A stretch of DNA of 64,000 bases from Deltaproteobacteria bacterium. Lineage in GTDB: Bacteria; Desulfobacterota; Desulfomonilia; UBA1062. Shown here in pieces: positions 18,476 through 27,900 of this stretch. The stretch is taken from positions 66,121 through 130,120 of the forward strand of contig JAHDQN010000057.1 of the NCBI GenBank assembly GCA_018433775.1. The letters run 5' to 3'. The notes under the pieces are model-generated. The model saw only the letters and a program-made list of their open reading frames with translations, was not told where the DNA came from and ran no database searches. The stretch's first letter is position 1; each line of letters starts with the position of its first letter. Position numbers and translations under genes: made by a program.

Positions 18476-19439
18476 GGATGAGCCTCGCTTGATTGATGTT
18501 CTGGGCATATTCGTCTCCGGCAATATCCGGATCATGTACTGCACGGGAGAAATACTCCAGTATCCCGGCGAAATGATCGTCAGCCTCGAGGGTGAGAACC
18601 TCTTTTCCTTCGGAGGTCTCAATGACCACCTCGGGTCTGAAACCCGGGGGCGCGGTGAAGATCCGGTTTGCCGAGAGCTTCCCCCTGCTTCCCCATAACT
18701 CGAGGGAGCACTGATAGTGATGGTCAAAGCCGAATGCGATCTCGGAAAAGAGCGGTCCGTTCTTCTGCCGCAGAAAGCCTCCACCCCAGATGTCCACGCG
18801 CCTCTGCTCATCGATGCAGAAGCTTGCGGCTTTGACCTCAAGGTCCGCGCCGAGGAATATCTGGGATATTTTTATGGGATACGCCCCTGCATCCAGCAAG
18901 GCGCCGCCTCCCAGGTCTTTCCGGTACCGGATGTTATCCGGATCGGGAAAGGGGGGGAACCCAAAGGATGAGCGCACACAGCGCAGCTCGCCGATCACCC
19001 CGTTATCCACCATTCGCTTGATTTCCGCCAGCTGGCTATGGAAACGGAACTGAAAGTTCTCGACCAGCGCAAGTCCCTTGTCCCTGGCTGCACGATTGAG
19101 CGATGTAACCTCGCCCACGCTGCAGGCAAGAGACTTTTCCACCAGTACGTGGAGCCCCTTGTTCAGTGCATGTTCGATCCACGGCGCGTGCAGGGCATTG
19201 GGCAGCGGGATGTACACCGCTTCCAGGCCTCCGGCATCCACCAGCGACTCGTAACTCCTGAAGGCCTGAGTGTCGAATTCCCTTGCCCACGCATCGGCCT
19301 TGTCTCCATCACGGCTGGCGATTCCGGCCAGCCGGTACAGGCGGCCCTGTTCGAGGATCGCAGGGATCATCAGTCTTCCGGCGACGCTTGCACAACCCAG
19401 CACACCTATATTTATTCTTTTTCCGGTCATTTCTCTCAA
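18447..19439 (-). CDS. Gfo/Idh/MocA family NAD(P)-dependent oxidoreductase (candidate sugar C-3 dehydrogenase/ketoreductase, WbpB/KijD10-like).
   Basis: 330 aa. N-terminal Rossmann RINIGVLGCASVAGR and EKSLA (the EKP-like motif) with a C-terminal alpha/beta domain. ATGA overlap with the upstream dehydratase stop. Confidence 0.8.
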   Translation of the reverse strand: MREMTGKRINIGVLGCASVAGRLMIPAILEQGRLYRLAGIASRDGDKADAWAREFDTQAFRSYESLVDAGGLEAVYIPLPNALHAPWIEHALNKGLHVLVEKSLACSVGEVTSLNRAARDKGLALVENFQFRFHSQLAEIKRMVDNGVIGELRCVRSSFGFPPFPDPDNIRYRKDLGGGALLDAGAYPIKISQIFLGADLEVKAASFCIDEQRRVDIWGGGFLRQKNGPLFSEIAFGFDHHYQCSLELWGSRGKLSANRIFTAPPGFRPEVVIETSEGKEVLTLEADDHFAGILEYFSRAVHDPDIAGDEYAQNINQARLIHEFRIRTDE

Positions 19440-20851
19440 GTAAACGATATCGCGGCAATAAGACTTCGTGCCTGGATATTCAGGTAGTTGTTGAACTTGA
19501 GGAAGGTAAACAACTGGCTCAGGGTCATCCAGATATAATGATCGGGCAGTTCGACCGGCACCTCTTCTCCACCAAGGACGATCATGTTCCGGTTTTGTTC
19601 CCGATAGAACCGCCCCCCTTCCTCCGATTGCATGGAATCGTAGACGATCCGGTCATCCTTCACATTGAGCACATATTCCAGGAAGGGCAGGGTCCCTTCT
19701 TTTGTCTGCCGATAGTTTCCGGTCAGACACTGAACCGTGGGTGCGAATTCGATGATGTCGTGATTTCCGCACTCCAGCTTGGCCTGCACGGCAAAATGCA
19801 GGATTCCGTTAATCTCTTTGCAGACAAAGGCACAAAGGCCTTCCTGGGCAGGCTCCACCATTGGCTGGGTCCAGGTGACCACTTCCCGGTTGCTTATTTC
19901 GACCTCCACGCCGATCACTTTAAAGAATCTACGGTCTTTGCGGTAGATCTCCGAGTGGTCGAAGTTCCAGTCTTCAAGCCTGTCCAGGGGGATCCTCCGT
20001 ATCTGCAGATCGTATGCGCTCTTCAGTTTCGCCAGAAAGGTGATGATGTTTTCGACCGTGTGAAGGCCCCCGGTGTCCGACAGGGCCGACTTGAGAAAGA
20101 GCCTGTGAATTTCCCGTGTACGGGGATTATGATTGAGGAAGTTGAAAAAATCTATTACCTCAGGCTCGAATATTCCAAAGGGTATGCCCGATATCACGGT
20201 GCGGGTATCCATGTTCACGAGGTTGTCGCTGCTCATCAGCTGCTTTATCTGCCCCAGGGTCAGCCAGATGAAGCCGTCGTGGACAGGGATCTCTTCATCG
20301 ATCCTGATAATGATGTTGCGGTTCCTCTTTTTCAGAAATCGTGCACCCTGCTCGGACTGGAGCTGATCGAGCAGGATCTGATCATTTCTGGCGTTCTGGA
20401 AATATTCCAGGTACTGGGGCTTGTGCCCTTTATGCACCTGCATGTAATTGCTTCTCGTAGCCTGCAGTGTCGGTGAGAGCTGGACGTAATTCATGTTGCC
20501 GGGTTCGATCTTGGCTTGAGTGAGAAAGTGAAGGATCCCGTCAAACTCCCTGACGATAAACCCGAGATAACCGATCTCGTGCTGATTGATAATGGGTTGA
20601 TCCCACTCGGATATGGTGCCCCAGTTCGTATTGACATGGATGCCGTCAATGGAGAAGAAATTCCCTGACTCATGCCCGATTCTCCCGTCAAGAAAGCGCC
20701 AGAGGTCCAGCTTGTGGAACGGGATTTTGCTGACCTTGATATCCACGTGGTCTTTCCGCTCAGACAGCCAGTTGGCGACCTGGCCGGTTTTTATGTATGC
20801 CCCTTCAGGGGCAAACGAGCTTCTCAGAAATTGAAAATTCAAATGAGCCAT
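19436..20851 (-). CDS. NDP-hexose 2,3-dehydratase (EvaA/TylX3/OleV family; two tandem Nudix-like Hexose_dehydrat domains). First gene of the operon.
   Basis: 471 aa with a clear internal duplication. Repeat 1: ...GHESGNFFSIDGIHVNTNWGTISEWDQPIINQHEIGYLGFIVREFDGILHFLTQAKIEPGN... Repeat 2: ...RKDRRFFKVIGVEVEISNREVVTWTQPMVEPAQEGLCAFVCKEINGILHFAVQAKLECGN... The size, two-domain architecture and RFFS(V/I)(E/D)G-type motif match the 2,3-dehydratases of deoxysugar pathways as I remember them; not database-checked. Confidence 0.65.
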   Translation of the reverse strand: MAHLNFQFLRSSFAPEGAYIKTGQVANWLSERKDHVDIKVSKIPFHKLDLWRFLDGRIGHESGNFFSIDGIHVNTNWGTISEWDQPIINQHEIGYLGFIVREFDGILHFLTQAKIEPGNMNYVQLSPTLQATRSNYMQVHKGHKPQYLEYFQNARNDQILLDQLQSEQGARFLKKRNRNIIIRIDEEIPVHDGFIWLTLGQIKQLMSSDNLVNMDTRTVISGIPFGIFEPEVIDFFNFLNHNPRTREIHRLFLKSALSDTGGLHTVENIITFLAKLKSAYDLQIRRIPLDRLEDWNFDHSEIYRKDRRFFKVIGVEVEISNREVVTWTQPMVEPAQEGLCAFVCKEINGILHFAVQAKLECGNHDIIEFAPTVQCLTGNYRQTKEGTLPFLEYVLNVKDDRIVYDSMQSEEGGRFYREQNRNMIVLGGEEVPVELPDHYIWMTLSQLFTFLKFNNYLNIQARSLIAAISFT

Positions 20852-21221
20852 GTGAATACACCGTTTCCCGGTCCCAGTGGCAAAAAGCCGTCTCCCGTTC
20901 TCAAACAGTATCTTCCCGGACCGTTGTTTCCTTGCATGAGGCTCCGCCCGTTATGGGTGAAAAGCCGCCCACTTTGAGAAAGCATCATAACCATGTTCTG
21001 CTGACCCAACATAAACCGGGATGAATTCAGCAATATATATGCCATGCACATACCGGTGGTTATGTTTATGATTTAATAGGGATAATCCCCGCTTGTTGCG
21101 AGAGAGAGTCAATATATTGACTTTTTGCATGGCCGAATTTGGCAACCGCCGGAGATTCACTGTCCAGGGAAAAATATCACCGGCTGCGCTGCTCATGATT
21201 GCGCAGGGAAAAGACGATAGG

Positions 21222-22892
21222 ATGCCTATGGTCAAGTTGCAGGAACAGGGAAGAGATGACAAGCGGCCCACGCTGGGGGTCGTGATGATCGTGAAGAACG
21301 AGGAAGAGAGGCTCCCACTGATTTTGTCCGACATCCAGGGGGCTGTCGACGAGATCGTGGTGGTGGACACGGGCTCACGAGACCGATCGGTCGAAATAGC
21401 CCGATCTTACGGCGCCAAGACCGGGTTTTCTGCCTGGTGCAACGACTTCTCAGCTGCAAGGAACGAATCAATACGCCTTGCCGGGTCAGACTACCTGCTC
21501 TGGCTGGATGCCGATGACCGAATCCGTGCGGAAGACCGGGAAAAGATCCGAGAGCTCAAAAAGAGCCTCAGACCGGCAAGAGACAGAGGATATCTGCTCA
21601 GGATCATGGTCCAGGGCAATGACGATTCAGACACTGTCGCCCTGCAGCCGAGGATCTTCCCGAACAGGGAAGGGATCGTGTTCGAGGGGAGGATACACGA
21701 GCAGATACTCCCCTCAATGGAGCGAAGCGGTGTTGCACTTGAAAAGGTGGACATCACGATAGAACATTCCGGCTATCACAGCCCCGAGGTCATCCGGGAA
21801 AAGGCGGAGAGGAATCTCAAGATCCTCATGGATGGGTCGGGTCGGAAAGAAGGCGATGTCATGCATCTTTTCCGCATTGCCATGAGCTATTATGCGCTTC
21901 GCGATTATGAGAAGTGTCTCGAATATCTCGCCCTGATAAGGAGACAGACCGGAACGGAAACCCGGGAGAAATATCATTACCTCGTGGCGGCAGAGTGCTA
22001 TGCCCGGATGAATGAACCCGGGAGTGCTCTGCGGGAACTGAGGAATGCGGTCCGGATCTTTCCGCGGAGCGGGGCCGTGCAGTATTTTCTGGGCTATCTG
22101 TGTCTCAGGATAAATTTACTCGATGAAGCGATCACCGCACTGGGGAATTCTGTCGGCCTGGGTATAGAGATCGAGAATTTTCCTCTTCCCACGGATATCC
22201 GGGAAGGTCTGCACTACCAATACGGTTGCGCCCTGGAAAAGGTGGGACGGGTCCGGGAAGCCGTATCTGCCTATCAGGAATCTCTGCATGCGAATCCGGG
22301 CTACACTCCTGCACTCAGGGCCCTGGGAATGGTCCTGTTGAACTCCGGTGAAGTGCAGAAGGCCATATCCTGTCTGGAGCGTGCGCAGCAGAGCGCGGGG
22401 AAATACGATCGACAGCTATGCCTTTCCCTGGCAAGGGCTTATATTTTCGTGGGCAAATTCTCCGACGCCCATGCCGTCTACCTCGGGTCGCTCCAGCACG
22501 ATCTCTGCGATATGGAAGTTCTCTCGGGAGCCGTTCAGACAAGCATAGAGACGAATGATATTCAGACGCTCCGGTCATCGATCAGAACATTGGCGTCCTT
22601 TTTCGGAAGAGAAGGGGGGGATTTTCCGGATGCGGCCGGTGACTATGCCGGCGCATGTGCGGAAATCGCGCGGGTGCTGCTTGACCGTGATGATCCGCTT
22701 ATTGCGAAAAGGCTTGCCGATGCCGCATTGAGGATGGATGAAACCTGTGCCCATGCGCACCTGGTCTGTGCGGATATCGCTCTTGTATCCGGCGATGTCG
22801 TAAAGGGCATCTCATGCATGGAGAAAGCTTTGTCTCATGGGGTCTCGCTTGATCAGATCACGGAAAGGATGGAGAGAATCGGCACGCCATGA
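21222..22892 (+). CDS. GT2 (GT-A) + TPR glycosyltransferase, paralog of 6939..8663; candidate flagellin glycosyltransferase. Start taken at MPMVKL; the track ORF starts at TTG 21093.
   Basis: PTLGVVMIVKNEEERLPLILSDIQGAVDEIVVVDTGSRDRSVEIARSYGAKTGFSAWCNDFSAARNESIRLAGSDYLLWLDADD is nearly colinear with the 6939..8663 product. C-terminal TPR repeats. The 21093-21221 extension contains a promoter-like palindrome. Confidence 0.8.
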   Translation: MPMVKLQEQGRDDKRPTLGVVMIVKNEEERLPLILSDIQGAVDEIVVVDTGSRDRSVEIARSYGAKTGFSAWCNDFSAARNESIRLAGSDYLLWLDADDRIRAEDREKIRELKKSLRPARDRGYLLRIMVQGNDDSDTVALQPRIFPNREGIVFEGRIHEQILPSMERSGVALEKVDITIEHSGYHSPEVIREKAERNLKILMDGSGRKEGDVMHLFRIAMSYYALRDYEKCLEYLALIRRQTGTETREKYHYLVAAECYARMNEPGSALRELRNAVRIFPRSGAVQYFLGYLCLRINLLDEAITALGNSVGLGIEIENFPLPTDIREGLHYQYGCALEKVGRVREAVSAYQESLHANPGYTPALRALGMVLLNSGEVQKAISCLERAQQSAGKYDRQLCLSLARAYIFVGKFSDAHAVYLGSLQHDLCDMEVLSGAVQTSIETNDIQTLRSSIRTLASFFGREGGDFPDAAGDYAGACAEIARVLLDRDDPLIAKRLADAALRMDETCAHAHLVCADIALVSGDVVKGISCMEKALSHGVSLDQITERMERIGTP

Positions 22893-22979
22893 TCGAGGAG
22901 CCGGCTCGGCCGTTATCGGCACGGCCATCTTTCCACAGGGAGCGCCAGAAATCCTCCCGTTTATCCGGCTGCACGGGTT

Positions 22980-23075
22980 GATGCGAGAGCGGCTCTGTCG
23001 ATCATCGATGATGCTATCCATAAAGCCGGCGCAGTGCTTGGCGACATCGGTGCATTGATGAACCGGTTCGACTAA
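22980..23075 (+). pseudogene. Flagellin gene relic: about 96 nt encoding ...DARAALSIIDDAIHKAGAVLGDIGALMNRFD* (the D1 C-terminal helix), with no N-terminal part and stopping 61 codons early.
   Basis: Roughly 80 percent nucleotide identity, by eye, to fliC 24125..24220 (DASEALSIVDDAIDAVGTVLGDIGAVVNRFD). The reading frame differs from the track ORF 22837..23058; the upstream in-frame sequence is unrelated to flagellin. Confidence 0.6.
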
Positions 23076-23108
23076 ACCTGTTTCAAAAAAGGAATTGTTA
23101 TTCAGTGT

Positions 23109-23135
23109 TAAAGTGCAAAACTTTTTTGCCGATAA
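23109..23135 (+). promoter_or_regulatory. Sigma-28 (FliA) class-3 flagellar promoter, TAAA-N15-GCCGATAA.
   Basis: TAAAgtgcaaaacttttttGCCGATAA is an exact match to the sigma-28 consensus, about 135 nt upstream of the fliC ATG. Confidence 0.75.
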
Positions 23136-23270
23136 GGGGGGAAGAGATAAAAACCAATGAAAGGAGGGGGGCAAGTAACACATTGTCTGATCAGGACAAT
23201 AAAAACTGATCAAATATAAAAAAACGGCCAAGGATGGCCGGAAAAACAAAAAATCAAGGAGGATTTAATT

Positions 23271-24404
23271 ATGGCACTTCGTATCAACACCAACGTAGCA
23301 GCACTCAACGCACACCGGCAGTTACTCGGAACAGAGCAGAGACTTGGTCAGAACATGGAGAAGCTCTCCAGCGGTTACCGCATCAATAAGGCTTCTGATG
23401 ATGCGGCCGGCCTGTCGGTTGCCAACCGGCTCCGCACCAACATCAGGTCATTGACCGTTGCATCGAGAAACGTCACCGAGGCGAAGGCCATGGTGGCCAT
23501 CGCAGAAGGCGCGGCCAACCAGGTGGAAGGTATTCTCGAGCGGATGAAAGAGCTCGCAACCCAGGCCGCATCGGACAACGCAGCCCAGGACCGCGACAAA
23601 ATCGACAGCGAGTTCCAGTCCCTCAGAGACGAGATCACCAGGATTGTGGGCGACACCGAGTACCAGGGCACCAAGCTCATCGACGGCACCTTCGGTAACG
23701 CCCTTGACGCAGACACCTCCACCGCTGACGGCGTGACCGGTCTCGATGCCAGCGGCATCAGGCTCGGCGGAGTGGAGGCAGGCATTTATACCATTGGCGC
23801 GACCGCGGGCGGGGCAATCACCATCACGGGTCCGGCTGATGTCGGAATCGAGCAGACCGTTAACACCACTTCAGACGGTGCACAGAGCCTCAGCTTCGAT
23901 GCACTCGGCATCACCCTCAACCTGGGCGAGGACTTTGATTACAGCGAAGCTGATCTGGACGGAACAGCCATTGTCGTCACCAGCGGGACCGGGACCTATC
24001 AGGTCGGCTCCAGCAACACGGCGGCAGAGGACGAGATCTCCGTATCTCTGGGCAACCTGCAGGTGAGCGAACTCGGTTCGGGTACGGGCAGCATGATATC
24101 CGACGTGTCTCTGGCCACGCGAGCCGATGCGAGCGAGGCCCTGTCGATTGTCGATGACGCCATCGATGCAGTCGGCACAGTGCTCGGCGACATCGGTGCA
24201 GTGGTGAACAGGTTCGACTACACTTATTCCAACCTGCAGATCACCATCGAGAATTTCTCGTCTTCCGAGTCGGTCATCCGGGATGTGGATATGGCGGCTG
24301 AGATGGTCAGCTTCACGAAGAACCAGATCCTGCTCCAGGCCGGTACTGCCATGCTGGCACAGGCCAACATGTCGTCCCAGGGCGTCCTGAGCCTGATGGG
24401 TTAG
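23271..24404 (+). CDS. fliC: Flagellin.
   Basis: 377 aa. Conserved N-terminus (MALRINTNVAALNAHRQL...LSSGYRINKASDDAAGLSVANRL) and C-terminus (...AMLAQANMSSQGVLSLMG). Ser/Thr/Gly-rich central variable region. AAGGAGG Shine-Dalgarno 8 nt upstream. Confidence 0.95.
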   Translation: MALRINTNVAALNAHRQLLGTEQRLGQNMEKLSSGYRINKASDDAAGLSVANRLRTNIRSLTVASRNVTEAKAMVAIAEGAANQVEGILERMKELATQAASDNAAQDRDKIDSEFQSLRDEITRIVGDTEYQGTKLIDGTFGNALDADTSTADGVTGLDASGIRLGGVEAGIYTIGATAGGAITITGPADVGIEQTVNTTSDGAQSLSFDALGITLNLGEDFDYSEADLDGTAIVVTSGTGTYQVGSSNTAAEDEISVSLGNLQVSELGSGTGSMISDVSLATRADASEALSIVDDAIDAVGTVLGDIGAVVNRFDYTYSNLQITIENFSSSESVIRDVDMAAEMVSFTKNQILLQAGTAMLAQANMSSQGVLSLMG

Positions 24405-24422
24405 CGACGATCTGATCCGGTG

Positions 24423-24454
24423 AGATCACGGGGCTTAAGCGCCCCGTGATCTCC
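24423..24454 (+). terminator. Perfect 13-bp GC-rich hairpin after fliC (gagatcacggggc-ttaagc-gccccgtgatctc), no U-tract.
   Basis: Read directly; 18 nt after the fliC stop. Probable partial terminator or RNA-stabilising hairpin. Confidence 0.5.
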
Positions 24455-24470
24455 CTGGTGAAAGGCGGGT

Positions 24471-24881
24471 GTGGCCATGAAGATAGTCAGCACAAACCCA
24501 ATCATGACAGAGCCGGTCCTTGGTGATTATGCAAGGGCGAAGACTCAGGCCACCCTTATGGAAAATGAACGGTCGTTCCTCAGTAGTCCGAATCGCGAGA
24601 GCATAGGCCAGGTCCGTGATGAGAAACAGCAGGCCACGGAGATGGTGCGAAAACTCGATGCTGAGGAAACGAAAGAAGCCTTGAAAGATCTCAATGAACA
24701 GCTGAAACGCATGAATCGTACGATTCGTTTCAGCATAGACGAGGAATTGCAAGATGTCGTGGTGAAGGTTGTTGACAAATCCAGTGGAGAGGTCGTCTCG
24801 CAGATTCCACCCGAGGGAGTTCTCAAGCTCAGAGAGCGGATACGCGACATGGTGGGTTTGCTCGTTGAGAAGAAGGTGTAG
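24471..24881 (+). CDS. flaG: Flagellar protein FlaG.
   Basis: 136 aa. C-terminal FlaG signature ...RFSIDEELQDVVVKVVDKSSGEVVSQIPPEGVLKL. Confidence 0.85.
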   Translation: MAMKIVSTNPIMTEPVLGDYARAKTQATLMENERSFLSSPNRESIGQVRDEKQQATEMVRKLDAEETKEALKDLNEQLKRMNRTIRFSIDEELQDVVVKVVDKSSGEVVSQIPPEGVLKLRERIRDMVGLLVEKKV

Positions 24882-24945
24882 GGTGGCTTAGAGAAGATTC
24901 AGAAAAATTGGGGCCGGATCCTCAAGATCCGGCCCTGATTGTTCG

Positions 24946-27900
24946 ATGAATACCGGCAATAGAGCGCAGGGAGGGACAGACGTGTCAAACTATATTTCAG
25001 GTATGGCATCAGGTTTCGACTGGGCCTCCATGATTACGCAGCTGATAGCCCTGGAGCGGCGGCCCATCGATCTGATGGAGTCCGACAAGGAAAATGTCAA
25101 TGCCCGCTACAATGCCTGGACCTCCATCAACACCAATCTCCTCTCTCTGAAAACCGCGGCAAAGGCCTTGTCAACCAAGGAAGACTTCAACCTGTATTCT
25201 TCCGGCTCGTCCATCACCGGCACGAGTGCGGATGTTACGGATCTTCTGGATTTTTCCATAGGCTCGAACGCGACCGAGGGTTCTTACAGTCTCAAGGTGA
25301 ACAATCTGGCACAGGCGCAGAAGCTCGGATCGAGAAGTTTCAGCTCGACCAGCGAGGCGCTGAACATCTCGGGCGATCTTGTTATTAACGGGCAAGCCGT
25401 GAATATCGCGAGCACGGACAGCCTCTCGGATGTCCGGAACAAGATCAACGAGCTGAACTCGGGAGAAAATTCGGCCGGGGTCACGGCATCCATCTTCACG
25501 GTGGATCAAGGAGAGTACCGGCTCACGTTCACCTCGCAGAAGACCGGGGCCGGCGGGATCGATATCGCCAACGGGTCATCGACCGACGTGCTTGGACTTC
25601 TGGGCCTCACAGACGAAACCGCGGACCTGAAGCATGCCGTTACCGGAGGAGCCCAATCCTCGCTGTTCACCAGCTCCACCCAGGATATCGAGACACTGCT
25701 CGGGCTTAGCGCCGGTGCCTCGGGGAATGTGACGATCGCCGGAGAGAGCATCGCGATCGATCTCTCCACGGATTCCCTGCAGTCGATCCGTGACACGATC
25801 AACAGCAACGCCAATCTTCAGTCGCTCGGCGTAAGCGCATCCATCGTTTCCGAGACAGACTCCGGGACCACACAGTATCGTATCCAGATCAACGGGACGC
25901 AGTCGCTCACCGATACGGACAATATCCTCCAGACGCTCGGCTTCATCAAGCTCGGGCATTCCGATGTCACCGGCCTTGCCGGGGGCACGGGCAACACGGT
26001 AAACGGCAAGGCGATCACCGAAGATACCCTGCTGGCCGATATCGACGGATACAACACCTGGACATCGGGCGATACGATAACCATTCAGGGAACCGACCAC
26101 GGCGGCTCGGCCGTGGGGCCGGTGAGCTTCACTGTCAACGCCTCATCCACCATGGGTGATCTCCTGCAAGCCGTAGAAACGGCCTTCGGAAGCAACGTCA
26201 GCACCTATGTGGACGGCAGCGGCGCAATCGTGGTAGAGGATCAGCTCTCGGGTGCATCCGGTCTTGCCCTGACATTGACATCAAACCTCGCGGATGCGAA
26301 CTCTGTGCTGGATTTCGGTGCATTCGATGCATCCACCATACGCAAGCGCCAGATCACTGCCGGGGAAGATGCCCTGATCACCGTGGACGGGATCGATATC
26401 ACCCGGTCGGACAACCAGATCACCGACGTAATAAGCGGGGTGACACTGAGCCTGCGGAGCGAAGACCCGGACGCCGAAATCACGCTCAACATCAACAGGG
26501 ATTACGACGGCATAAAAAAGAAGATATCCGATTTCGTCACCAGCTACAACGATATCATTTCCTATGTAAACAGCCAGTTTGACTATACCGAAAAGGGAGA
26601 GGATGTCGAAACCCCGCCCCTGTTCGGTGATTCGGCGCTTCTGACCGTGAGGGGATCCATCCGCAACGTGATTCTTTCCGGTGTCACAGGGCTCAGCTCT
26701 TCGTTCGATCATCTGAGCCTTATCGGCGTCAATCTGGACAAGAATGGAAATCTCTCGATCAACGATGCAAAACTCGACGGTTACCTTCGGACGAATTTCT
26801 CCGATGTGGTCAATCTCTTTGTCGCGCAGGGCAGCAGCTCAAACAGCAACGTTACCTATCTGAGCTCCAGGGAGAAAACCCAGGAGGGGACGTATGATCT
26901 GGAGATAACACAGGCCGCAACACAGGCCAATACCACGGGTGTGGGCTTCAACGGCATACTGAGCGAGGATTCGACCCTGACCGTGACTGACCAGGGGGGA
27001 AGGGAAGCGATCATTTCTCTGGAGGCCGGGTGGGGCATCACGTCGATCGTCAATGCGATGAACTCGGAGTTTTCCCGGGAATATCAGGAGGTCCGGGTGG
27101 GCGCCAATAGCTATTATTCGGATGCCTCGCAGACTTCAGCGGTCAACGCGGGAACGACTTGGGACAGCGTGCACGATGAGACAGGAGCCTCTGCAAACCT
27201 GGCGGACGGTGACACGATTACCTTTTCGGGTACGAACCGCAGCGGGAAAGAGATAAGCGGATCCTATACCATCGCGGATGTCTCCGCAGACACGGTCGGC
27301 GGGCTCCTGAGCGAGATCGAGGCGTCCTTCGGCAGCGGATACGACGCCTATATCGACTCGCAGGGGAGGATCGCCATCAAGGACACGGCCATGGGCGATT
27401 CGAAATTGAGCCTGAGCGTTTCTGCAGTCAAGAACCTGGATTTTGGCGCAATCGATGTGGATCCGACCGGCGCTGACGGGTCTCAGGAAGGCAGGTATTC
27501 GATGAGCATGACCGCCGCGAACAGTGACGGCCAGCTCAAGATCTCGAACAATGATTACGGCGATTATAGCTTTACCGTTTCTGCAGCCGGCGGCAACCTC
27601 GGGGTCAACGACGGCACCTACACCGGCACCGCGGTAGCCGGCAGGATCAGGGCGGAAGGCTCGAGCGCCTGGATGACCATGACCGGCTCGGGCAGGACCC
27701 TTACCGTAGACAATGGCCAAGACGCGGAAGGCCTCGTGCTCAGATATGCCGGCAGTTCGACCGGCACCTTTGACTTCACCTTCATGACCGGCGTGGGCGA
27801 GAAGATGGACCGGGCGTTGTACTATATGACGGATACCTTTGACGGGTTCATCGCAGACAAGCAGTCGACGCTGAAGAACCGGATGAACTCAATCGATCTG

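Noticed and set aside
21093-21221. TTG-initiated N-terminal extension of the second GT2+TPR gene as given in the ORF track.
   Set aside because: The extension contains the AT-rich tract and the perfect palindrome GTCAATATATTGAC. The paralog's homology starts only at PTLGVVMIVKNEE. ATG 21222 (MPMVKL) is the more plausible start, which leaves the palindrome in the promoter.
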